Shown here: piece after piece, positions 49,869 to 61,274 of the stretch
How the letters are laid out: every line of letters starts with the position of its first letter
Position numbering within the stretch: the stretch's first letter is position 1
Source of the DNA: Heterodontus francisci
Lineage: Eukaryota
DNA length: 64,000 bases
NCBI RefSeq assembly: GCF_036365525.1
Contig: NC_090416.1
Coordinates: 17,270,945-17,334,944 of the forward strand
Direction: 5' to 3'
The notes under the pieces: generated by a model
Database searches by the model: none
What the model saw: only the letters and a program-made list of their open reading frames with translations
What the model was told of the DNA's origin: nothing
Translations under genes and position numbers: made by a program

Positions 49869-52705
49869 GTTCTATGAACAACTCCATAACATCATTAGCA
49901 GCATCCCCAACACCGAACACCTATTCCTGCTGGGGGACTTTAATGCCAGGGTTGGGGCCGACCATGACTCATGGCCCTCCTGCCTTGGGCGCTATGGCGT
50001 TGGAAGGATGAATGAGAACGGGCAGAGACTGCTTGAGTTGTGTACCTATCATAACCTCTGCATCACCAACTCGTTCTTTCACACTAAACCCTGTCACCAG
50101 GTTTCATGGAGGCACCCAAGATCACGTCGTTGGCACCAGCTAGACCTCATTGTCACAAGGCGAGCCGCCTTAAACAGTGTTCAAATCACACGCAGCTTCC
50201 ACAGTGCGGACTGCGACACCGACCACTCCCTGGTGTGCAGCAAGGTTAGACTCAGACCAAAGAAGTTGCATCATTCCAAGCAGAAGGGCCACCCGCGCAT
50301 CAACACGAGCAGAATTTCTCACCCACAGCTGTTACAAAAATTTCTAAATTCACTTGTAACAGCCCTTCAAAACACTCCCACAGGGGATGCTGAGACCAAG
50401 TGGGCCCACATCAGAGATGCCATCTATGAGTCAGCTTTGACCACCTACGGCAAAAGTGCGAAGAGAAATGCAGACTGGTTTCAATCTCATAATGAAGAGC
50501 TGGAACCTGTCATAGCCGCTAAGCGCATTGCACTTTTGAACTACAAGAAAGCCCCCAGCGATTTAACATCCGCAGCACTTAAAGCAGCCAGAAGTACTGC
50601 ACAAAGAACAGCTAGGCGTTGCGCAAACGACTACTGGCAACACCTATGCAGTCATATTCAGCTGGCCTCAGACACCGGAAACATCAGAGGAATGTATGAT
50701 GGCATGAAGAGAGCTCTTGGGCCAACCATCAAGAAGATCACCCCCCTCAAATCTAAATCGGGGGACATAATCACTGACCAACGCAAACAGATGGACCGCT
50801 GGGTTGAGCACTACCTAGAACTGTACTCCAGGGAGAATGCTGTCACTGAGACTGCCCTCAATGCAGCCCAGCCTCTACCAGTCATGGATGAGCTGGACAT
50901 ACAGCCAACCAAATCGGAACTCAGTGATGCCATTGATTCCCTAGCCAGCGGAAAAGCCCCTGGGAAGGACAGCATTACCCCTGAAATAATCAAGAGTGCC
51001 AAGCCTGCTATACTCTCAGCACTACATGAACTGCTATGCCTGTGCTGAGACGAGGGAGCAGTACCCCAGGACATGCGCGATGCCAACATCATCACCCTCT
51101 ATAAAAACAAAAGGTGACCGCGGTGACTGCAACAACTACCGTGGAATCTCCCTGCTCAGCATAGTGGGGAAAGTCTTTGCTCGAGTCGCTCTGAACAGGC
51201 TCCAGAAGCTGGCCGAGCGCGTCTACCCTGAGGCACAGTGTGGCTTTCGTGCAGAGAGATCGACTATTGACATGCTGTTCTCCCTTCGTCAGATACAGGA
51301 GAAATGCCGTGAACAACAGATGCCCCTCTACATTGCTTTCATTGATCTCACCAAAGCCTTTGACCTCGTCAGCAGACGTGGTCTCTTCAGACTACTAGAA
51401 AAGATCGGATGTCCACCAAAGCTACTAAGTATCATCACCTCATTCCATGACAATATGAAAGGCACAATTCAACATGGTGGCTCCTCATCAGAGCCCTTTC
51501 CTATCCTGAGTGGTGTGAAACAGGGCTGTGTTCTCGCACCCACACTTTTTGGGATTTTCTTCTCCCTGCTGCTTTCACATGCGTTCAAATCCTCTGAAGA
51601 AGGAATTTTCCTCCACACAAGATCAGGGGGCAGGTTGTTCAACCTTGCCCGTCTAAGAGCGAAGTCCAAAGTACGGAAAGTCCTCATCAGAGAACTCCTC
51701 TTTGCTGACGATGCTGCTTTAACATCTCACACTGAAGAATGCCTGCAGAGTCTCATCGACAGGTTTGCGTCTGCCTGCAATGAATTTGGCCTAACCATCA
51801 GCCTCAAGAAAACGAACATCATGGGGCAGGATGTCAGAAATGCTCCATCCATCAATATTGGCGACCACGCTCTGGAAGTGGTTCAAGAGTTCACCTACCT
51901 AGGCTCAACTATCACCAGTAAATTGTCTCTAGATGCAGAAATCAACAAGCGCATGGGTAAGGCTTCCACTGCTATGTTCAGACTGGCCAAGAGAGTGTGG
52001 GAAAATGGCGCACTGACACGGAACACAAAAGTCCGAGTGTATCAGGCCTGTGTCCTCAGTACCTTGCTCTACGGCAGCGAGGCCTGGACAACGTATGCCA
52101 GCCAAGAGCGACGTCTCAATTCATTCCATCTTCGCTGCCTTCGGAGAATACTTGGCATCAGGTGGCAGGACTATATCTCCAACACAGAAGTCCTTGAAGC
52201 GGCCAACATCCCCAGCTTATACACACTACTGAGTCAGCGGCGCTTGAGATGGCTTGGCCATGTGAGCCGCATGGAAGATGGCAGGATCCCCAAAGACACA
52301 TTGTACAGCGAGCTCGCCACTGGTATCAGACCCACCGGCCGTCCATGTCTCCGTTATAAAGACGTCTGCAAACGCGACATGAAATCGTGTGACATTGATC
52401 ACAAGTCGTGGGAGTCAGTTGCCAGCATTCGCCAGAGCTGGCGGGCAGCCATAAAGACAGGGCTAAATTGTGGCGAGTCGAAGAGACTTAGTAGTTGGCA
52501 GGAAAAAAGACAGAGGCGCAAGGGGAGAGCCAACTGTGCAACAGCCCCGACAAACAAATTTCTCTGCAGCACCTGTGGAAGAGCCTGTCACTCCAGAATT
52601 GGCCTTTATAGCCACTCCAGGCGCTGCTTCACAAACCACTGACCACCTCCAGGCGCGTATCCATTGTCTCTCGAGATAAGGAGGCCCAAAAGAAGAAAGA
52701 AAAGA
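49869..52705 (+). pseudogene. Sense 3' part of the RTE ORF (endonuclease C-terminus, RT, C-terminal Cys/His finger), disrupted by one nonsense codon and one +1 frameshift
   Basis: Motifs LLGDFNARVG, TDHSLV, GKAPGKD, NYRGISLL, FIDLTKAFD, GVKQGCVLAP, LFADD, YLGS, and CSTCGRACHSRIGLYSH. TGA at 51046-51048 (expected Trp codon), extra A in the A-run at ~51103-51112, stop at 52640-52642. Confidence 0.92.
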
Positions 52706-54484
52706 AGTGCTTCAAAGTTCAACTGTGCATGGCAGCTGGATTAACATACATAGTTGGTCTCGCCTCACTCCAATTTTCTCTCCTAAAGGTGCTGATTCAT
52801 ACCAAGCTACATGTGCACAGAAAGCATAGAAATTACACCTTAACCAACTGGCCATTCTTAAACTGCGAGTCTAGATGGCAAGTGCTGACAGGCCACTCAC
52901 CATGGTCACATTTGAGCACAATATTATTTTCAACTAATGTTTACATACACACACTTTTCCAGCAAGAAGTCATTGGAAAATGATCACCAGCGTTTTATGC
53001 AAATCCTTCCTATCCCAGGGTGGTGAGGTCAAGTGTAGTATCCAACTGCTACGCCAGCCAAGATCAGCAAACACTGAGAATCAAACTTGGACCCTTAGGT
53101 TTGTCCTGTTGCATACAAAGTAATAACTGGTGAGAAAGTGTGTGTGTAGGGGGGGGTGGAGAACATCAGTCACTAACTTTCTATCCAAAGACCCTTACTT
53201 GAGCCAGCGACCTTCTCAAGAGTAATAAGGGATGGGCAATAAATACAGAGCTTGCCAGTGATGCTCACATCCCAAGAATGAAGGAAAAAAATGGCATACC
53301 AGGGACTGTACCCGTCAGATTTCAACATCTTCAGGAGAGGAGGCAAGAAAACTGACAAAAGGTAAAAAAAAAACTAAACAGCACTATATAATGTTACCAC
53401 TGTACTCCAAGGGCATGCAAACTTAAAGCATGCCCACAGGATGCAAAATAACCTCAAACAAACAAATAGCCTTTGCACAGGATATCTTGTAAACTCCAAA
53501 TGCCAATCCACTCTACTCTTTATAATGTCCCAATCGGTTATGGTTTCCAATATCCAGTATAACAACAGTTCTACTCACTTCGTAAGTTCAGAAACACTTC
53601 ACGTTTTACAAGTTGCCCGAGAAAACAAATTAATTCCAAATAACACCCTTCTCTAATTTCTCAGCAATTAACTGCACTGTCCAGGGCTATGCTAAGCTGT
53701 ACAAACCAAGGAGGCCCCAACTTCAATCCCTTATCTCTGCTGAGTTAGATTATCAGACAGTAGGAATGCTACAATTGGCATCAGCATCTCTGCATTTATT
53801 TTGTTTTTAGGATGTAGGTAACACTGGCAATACCTCATTTATTATCTGTAGATGCCTTGAGGTAGTGGGCCATCTTCCTAAATTGCCGCAGTCTTTGTAA
53901 TGATGGCTCCCTTCCGAGAACCCAGCATATTGACTCATTTACAATGAAGGAATAGCAACGGTTGGCCAAGTTAGGATGGTGTGAAATTTGGAGGGGAATT
54001 TAGAGGTGATGGTGTTCCTCAGTGGTGGAGGCTGAGCTGCAAGGAAATGCAATGGAAGTGACCTTGGCGAGTTGCTGCAGGGCATGCTGTAGATAGTAAA
54101 TACTGCAGTCACAGTGTGCTGGTGAGAGGCAGCAGATTCTGAATCCAGTGGCAGGGACAGCATTATGCAGAAGAGAGACAAAACATTCAAGATTCCTGCT
54201 ACCAATCCCTATCCAGTCAGTGATGGTGGAAAGTGAACAAATTTAGGTCTGTCTGTGAAGCCCCCGATGGTTAAATAACTTGCCAACATTAACTGCTTAG
54301 ACTGATTCACATGAATGAAGGTGACTTGGGTGAAGTACTAAAGAGTGGTCGGTACCTCAAACTGTACACCAGCAACACTCACCACCTTCATGAGGTGAGA
54401 GAAAACAGGAAAAAAACCTTACAAGAAAATAATCTATAGACTAAAGATGCCTCCCTTCACATAGCAAAATGAATCAAACAACAT

Positions 54485-55035
54485 TGCGTCCAATTCTGGT
54501 CACCAAACTTTAGGAAGGATGTGAGGGTCCTTGAGAGGGTGCAGAGGAGATTTACCAGAATGGTTCCAGGGATGGGGGATTTTAGCTATAAGGTTAGGTT
54601 GGAGAAGCTGGGCTTGTTCCCAGGAGCAAATGAGATTGAGGGGAGATTTGATCGAGGTGTACAAGATTATGACAGGTTTAGATAATGCAGACAAAGAAAA
54701 GCTGTTCCCATTAGCTGATGGCACAACAACTGTGGGGGGGGGGGGGGGGGGGGGAAAGAGGGGGGACACAGATTGAAGGTTTTGAGTGAGAGACGAGTGG
54801 GGGTTTGTGGGGCGGGGGGGGGGGGGAAATGTGAGGAAGAACTTTTTTTATGCAGCGTGTGTTAACAGCCTATGAGGGCGGGTGGAAGCAGAGTCAATGA
54901 ATGATTTCAAAAGGAAATTAGATGGGCATTTGAGGGAAATAGACTTGCAGGGCTATGGGGATAGAGCGGGGGTGTGGGACTGATTGGATTGCTCTACAGA
55001 GCCGGCATGGCCTCGATGGGCCCAATGGCCTCCTT
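54485..55035 (+). mobile_element. CR1-like LINE 3' fragment with expanded G-runs
   Basis: RLRGDLIEVYKIMTGLD and the CR1 tail; related pieces at ~40210-40520 and ~57130-57340. Confidence 0.78.
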
Positions 55036-55128
55036 CTGTGCTGCAATGACTATGACTCCAAATGACTGGGAAGAAATTTCAAATTATATCCCAGTTATAA
55101 AAACACCCTTTAAAAACACTTCACCTAC

Positions 55129-55258
55129 CTCACCAACGTGCCTGCTTCAACCAGAACCTCTGAAAAAGCATCTCGAAAAATAATCGCGTTCTTCCTTTTA
55201 CAGTTCTGAATAACATCGTTGGCAACATAGAAAAGGTTCAGTCGATGAGGGATTGAAG
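55129..55258 (-). CDS. RPRD2: RPRD2 exon 2, [42 protein letters not shown](R)
   Basis: 130 bp, tag| acceptor and |gtaggt donor; CID signature L.LFY.ANDVIQN. Exon 1 was not found and is presumably beyond 64000. Confidence 0.94.
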
Positions 55259-58200
55259 CTAAGAGAAAGCAAAAAGCTTTATTAATTTGTGAAAGTACCT
55301 GTAAGGAGGCAGATTAGCAATACAATTCTGCAATTTACCAAAAACAAGTACTCTACAATGCACCAGCACAAGAGTGAAACATGAAAGGCCTGTGGCATAA
55401 GTAATAAATGTCTGGTGGTTGCAGAACATTTTCAATCTTAGAATACACGCACAAAATTCATTCCGTTTATGCCTATAAGAGGCTTTGTTTTTTGGCTGCA
55501 TTTGCTGATAACGCAATCACTAGGTGGCGCAGTACTTGCCTCATGCACAAACGTCACTGTCTGCGACGCTTTTGGCAGCTGCCAGTAGCAAAGATGGTGC
55601 TGCTCAATTTATCACAAAAACAAATCAAACCAAAATGGCTACAGTAGCTGCAATCGCCACCTCCATCCCACCCTTAACAGTACCCTGCTCCCTCCTGCCA
55701 TTGCGCTTCTCTTCGCTGCTGCCTCCCATGCCCATCTGCTCGGCGCTTGCTCCCCGCCTCGGCCACTCGCTCCCCATACCACCCCCCCACCTTCACCTGT
55801 GGGCCCTCACTCGCGGCCTCGCCACTTCCTTCCCTCTGCTCTGCCTCTGCTCCCCGCTCCCTCCAGATTCTGCTCCTTGCAATGGGCTGGTTAATGAATT
55901 TTATTGACAATTATTTCAGGACACAAACCCAAATTTTAAACCAATGAACATTTTAAAAAGAGATTTCTAACATTTTGGAAGTTGGAACAGATAAATCCTG
56001 GGAGCTTGTGTTCAGCATGAACATCAGCAGGGAGCTGCTTCTGTGCTGTAATAAGAGCCAAATCCACAACTTGATCCAGGATCGCTTCAGTGAACTTTGT
56101 GTTTACACATGACCCAATATAAAACCAACTAGCTTGGTTTTTCGTCTAGTTGTTGTTTCATAAACCTAAATCCAACAGACATTTTGTTTTAATATGAGAA
56201 TTTTAAATGGATCTGGCTGGAAATGGAATCCTTGGGTCATTACTAAGTCTGTGAAACACGCTGGGACCTCTCCAATCTCTACCAGACCAAGAGAGTAGCT
56301 TCGGAATAGCTGCATGTGCGGGATTGTGCGCGCAATTCAACAGAATCCGTGGCCTCGCCACTTCTTCCCCCTCGGCCACTTGCTCAATGCTCCCTCCCCT
56401 CCCTATCTTGTCACCTGCTCTTCCCTGCTTCCCCGATGCGGGGAGCAGAACCGGCAGGGAGCAGGGGCAGAGGGGAGGAATTGGCGAGGTTGCAAGCGAG
56501 GGGCCCACAAGTGGGGGGGGGAAGCGAAGCAGCCGAGTGGGGAGATGTGGCTAGGCCGTGAGCAACGAGCGTGCGCAAATTAGTCCTGGCAAGCCATGTG
56601 CTGATGTAGGCTGCGCATGCGCAGCATCATACTGACAGCAAGAGTCTGTTCTGCACAGGTGCGAAGCTGGGAGCGCTCTGATGACGTTGGCGCTGGGCTG
56701 CATTTTCAAGGAGTCACTTTTGTTGTTTGATGTGATTTCAAGCTCAAGATTTGCAGTAGAGCCATAACAAAGCTCTGGTGCTTTGCTACACAAACAAATT
56801 TTCACAATTAACTCTCAGCGCTCCCACCAACAATATGATGAAAATTGCACCTGTCTTTCAGGAAGATTCTGGTTTGTGTCTCTCATGGGCACAGAGGCGC
56901 TTATATGCGCAATCCATGGGTGACAATCACAGCCACAATACATTCACAGGAATTACTGTGCAAGCTGCTCAATTTAACTAATTACATTCTTTCCCTTAGC
57001 TAGCTATGTATTAATTTAAATTTACAAGTGCTTGCCATTTTAGACTTCCATTTGTGTTTTGGGCTCACTCTTCCCACGAATCAGAGAGTTAATGCATTCC
57101 ACAAGGAAAGGCTTCAAAATCCCACAACACATTTCATAGAATCATGCAGCAGAGGAAGAGGCTATTCGGCCCATCCTGCCTGTGCATGGTCTTCTGAAAA
57201 GTTATCCAATTAGCCCCACTCCCTTGTTCTTTGCTCATAGCCCTGCAAATTTCCCCCTTTCAAGTAATTATCCAATTCCCTTCTGAAAGTTATTGTTGAA
57301 TCTGCTTCCACTACCCTTTCAGTGCATTCCCAATCATAACTCGTTTCAGTTTTAGCTTTAAGGCTTTGTTACCTATCCCAAATCCTCCCATCTGACTTTG
57401 GGCATGATTCTTCTGGCCAGATCACCATTGATTTTAAATGCGCACGTGACAAAAAGCTATTGCTGCAAAAGATGCACTTATTATAGCTCTAATGTTCAGC
57501 AGCTGCAAAGCACCATTAACCCCAGATAAAGAAATGGAAAACTGTGGCATACTCAATAAATGAAAATGAAAAATAGGACACCTGTGTGGAACCCACTTAA
57601 AAGCAGGCTGCTTTTCTAGATTTTTTAAAAATTGAAGACTCCGTCCAATGTAAAGGGGGCAAAACAACTGAAATCCAAGCCCTACCACAATGACCACTCT
57701 AAGGCATGAGCAAGACTGACAGTCACCTACTTGGAAACAGCTTTGAATTCCAATTCTAACAGCTTCAGTATAAGAGAGAGACCATAAGATTACAATGTGA
57801 ACTGGACCGATCAACCAGCAACTGGAATTTTAAAACACCACGCTCAAGTCACCAGCTGTAAACCAGAGGAGTAGCAACCACCATCACTCAAACTAAAAGC
57901 AATTAGTTATTGCAATCTCTTTAAAGCTAGTTAAATGATTGAGGTATTTGTATTAAATTAAACCTTTTGTTCCCTAATTCCTTTTTAAAATATTTTCCTT
58001 CCCTTTTAGCTGCAGCTCAGTATACAATAAGCAACTGCTTGCCTGTGGAGGTTGGAAGGGTTGAGGAAGACAGAGAGGGGAACAGTTGAGAACAGTTTTA
58101 AAAGAAAACTGGAAGCAGCAGGGAGGAGGAGAGAGAATCTACAGCCTAACTATGTAAACCACAAACTAAAAATCTATGATCCATCAGTAATTGCAGGACT

Positions 58201-58597
58201 GAGAGAGAAATTTGATATTAATGTGAAAAGACTTTTCACAGACGCCAAGAAACGGGGAGCAAGATACTGGAAGCTAGAAAATATAAAGTGATGTTCCAGA
58301 ATTCAAAAAAGTGGAACCAGACCAGTCGTAGGTAGTTTCCCAGATTGAACCACAGTATAGCTACCAACATGATTCACCTACAAGACCTCCCCCTACTTTC
58401 AATACCCCCCCCAACTCCCCCCAAATGTCTAATCTTATATCTGTGAATACACACAATTAAGCTGCGTTTTATGGTCTAGATATAGCCAAATAAGGTAGAT
58501 TTTAAAAATTAGGTTATCTCACAGTAACTAGTTTATCACAAAACATTACTGACCAGAAATTCAAAACAGTATATTAGTGAAACTGCTGTAATCAAAC

Positions 58598-58910
58598 TAT
58601 TTATTTTATTTAGAGATACAGCACTGAAACAGGCCCTTCAGCCCACCGAGTCTGTGCCGACCAACAACCACCCATTTTATACTAACCCTACAGTAATCCC
58701 ATATTCCCTACCACCGACCTACACTAGGGGCAATTAACAATGGCCAATTTACCCATCACCTGCAAGTCTTTGGCTGTGGGAGGAAACCGGAGCACCCGGG
58801 GAAAACCCACGCAGTCACAGGGAGAACTTGCAAACTCCGCACAGGCAGTACCCAGGATCAAACCCAGGTCCCTGGAGCTGTGAGGCTGCAGTGCTAATCA
58901 CTGCGCCACT
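58598..58910 (-). mobile_element. V-SINE (HE1-like), slightly 5'-truncated
   Basis: Reverse complement of the same family; lacks the first ~9 nt. Confidence 0.85.
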
Positions 58911-59400
58911 ATCTTTGCATTCTTTCAATTGTAAATGCACAATTTCTAAAATTAAAAATTATTTCTGTATTACATTCTGATTACAGAAATAAGCACGAAG
59001 TGCCTGCTGAGTATTGTAGCATCCTGGAAAGAGTCACACCATAACAGGATGAGATGCAGAATTGCACCCAAAAATTCACATGGTGAAAAATTCTTAAATC
59101 CAGCAAAGCCGCTGTTGAAGTGACACTTAAAAGCTAAGTACTACACTGAGTCCAAGGGAAAGGAGAAAAATTAAGAAAGCAAGTCATCAAGCTGCTACTG
59201 TGTACTTAATAGGACATAGACCAGCACCAGTGGAACACTGGTGAGTAGGTGGCATAGCAGCAACATGGTGCATCACAGATTGAAGAGTAAAGAGGGAGAA
59301 AAAAATATAGATTTAAGAACCGCTTAAGCAGCTTGCCCCATAGCTTAGTGAGTAAAGGAATCACCGAGTATAGTACTAAGTCAAAGACCAAAACATCCCA

Positions 59401-60162
59401 GCTTTTGGGCTTCTATTCATAATAATTCATGGCTACAGGTTGCTGTGTTCTGTGTTTGTTGTTGTTCCCTCTCCTTTTCATGCTGCCTGGCAAAAGGCGG
59501 CAAGTAACGTCTTAAGAAGGCAGGGCTTCCATGCAAGTGAAAGGGCACAATTAAAATTGAAGTCAAATAAAATTTCCTATAGTTTAGTTTGCTTTTTGTA
59601 GAAGCATTTCTACAATTTTTATTTCCGAAGAAGGGTCACTGACCCGAAACGTTAACCCTGCTTCTCTTTTCACAGATGCTGACAGACCTGCTGAGTGGTT
59701 CCAGCATTTCTTGTTTTTATTCCATTCCCAGACTGTGCTGCTACAGCATTATTTGACATAATCCAAAAGTACTAAAGCAATATTACTCATTAATTTTTCG
59801 GCAAGGACCAGAGTCGCAACCAATAAACAATATCTTGGGTCAAGTCCCACTCAGAAATGAAGCAACACTCCATTAGGAGAGATGGGTTTTAGGCCTGCAC
59901 CTGCGATTTTCCACACCATGAGATCCTGATTTAAATGTCACTGTGGGTAGTTGCTAAGCACCTTCCACAAAAAGCAAACTAAACTATAGGAAATTTTATT
60001 TGACTTCAATTTTAATTGTGCCCTTTCACTTGCATGGAAGCCCTGCCTTAAGACGTTACTTGCCTTCTTTTGCCAGGCAGCATGAAAAGGAGAGGGAACA
60101 ACAACAAACACAGAACACAGCAACCTGCAGCCATGAATTATTATGAATAGAAGCCCAAAGGC
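59401..60162. repeat. ~200-bp inverted duplication (arms 59401-59604 and 59962-60162, 357-bp spacer)
   Basis: The arms are reverse complements apart from about five substitutions and one 3-nt indel, read by eye. Confidence 0.92.
59622..59721 (+). mobile_element. Short Penelope terminal element with variant hammerhead motif
   Basis: Near-identical to 36296-36395. Confidence 0.72.
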
Positions 60163-60948
60163 ATGTACAGCTGCAAGTCTGCTGAGGGTCAAAGGTGAAA
60201 AGGAGGCTGCAAACAGTATGAAATTCACCACTGAACATGACACTTCCGGGCAAACTCGTTGGAAATTATTTGCAACACGAATGGTGAAGCACTATTGGTA
60301 TAATGTTCCATCCCCAGTTTCAACCAACAGTTATATTGCTTTAGTAAACTGTAGACTGTGCTCAGGATAAACCTAAACAAGATCCACAGGACTACTGTGC
60401 CCAGTTTGCGCATGGGGAAAAAAAAGAGCTTACCATCATCACTGGGCAAAACGAACCAGTGGTCTAACCAGGCTGCAGTGCTGACCAGAATAATCTTTGG
60501 AATGGGGAGAACACTTACCAAATGTTTTTCTGGGGGTGTAACATTAACTGTTTTTACACAACTGGAGTGCAGCCGACTGCGGGTGTGTCACTTTTCCACC
60601 ATTGGTTGCACTCAAGAATGTCGACCAGACAGCTTAGAGTAAACTGATGACACTGTGGACCCACAAAAATGTTGCTTACTTAGAATAAATGCAGGAACCC
60701 AGATGCAAATTTTCTTAAGAATCCCCATATGAACAGTGGAATCCTACAATGCTATAGCAGCACCCCAACAAGGTGTGAGAAAGCAGAGAATGATGCAAGT
60801 AGGTCATATTCCCAGAACAAGATTAAAAGTTCTATAAAATACACCCATCTAATGACAAGGTTTTGAGACCTGAGAATTATGACCCACAGTGAGCAAGACT
60901 GCTGAGGCAAAGTTAGATTACAGCTGCATAAAAATAAACTAAGGCCAA

Positions 60949-61274
60949 TAAAATTGAAATGGAAAGTGAACCACTGCAGATGCTAGAAATTTGAAATAAA
61001 CACACAACATTCTGGAAACACAGGAGGTCAGGCATCATCTGTGAAGAGAGGGAGGTAGAGCGAACATTTCAGGTCGGTGATTTTTAAAATCAGAACTAAA
61101 TATGTTACAGACGAATAGCTCACAAGAAGGAACAGAAAAGGGAGTGGTACAGAGAGAGAATGGTCTGATTAGGCAAGAGATAATTAAGTGACAGGACTTA
61201 ACCTACCCCCCCTTCACAGAGTACAATCTGACCTGCTGTGTTTCCAGCATTTTCTGTTAAAATTGAAATGGAAA
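60949..61274. mobile_element. Degenerate Penelope-type terminal element with inverted ends and a 17-bp flanking direct repeat
   Basis: TAAAATTGAAATGGAAA at 60949-60965 and 61258-61274; internal inverted CTGGAAACAC..GGTCAG / CTGACC..GTGTTTCCAG. Confidence 0.6.

Larger units (their letters stand above)
47961..52717. mobile_element. Young RTE-clade non-LTR retrotransposon insertion, 5'-inverted, with captured extra DNA and a 12-bp TSD
   Basis: AGTGCTTCAAAG direct repeat at 47961-47972 and 52706-52717; (AAG/AAAG)n tail at ~52688-52705; APE endonuclease and RT fragments in opposite orientations. Confidence 0.93.
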
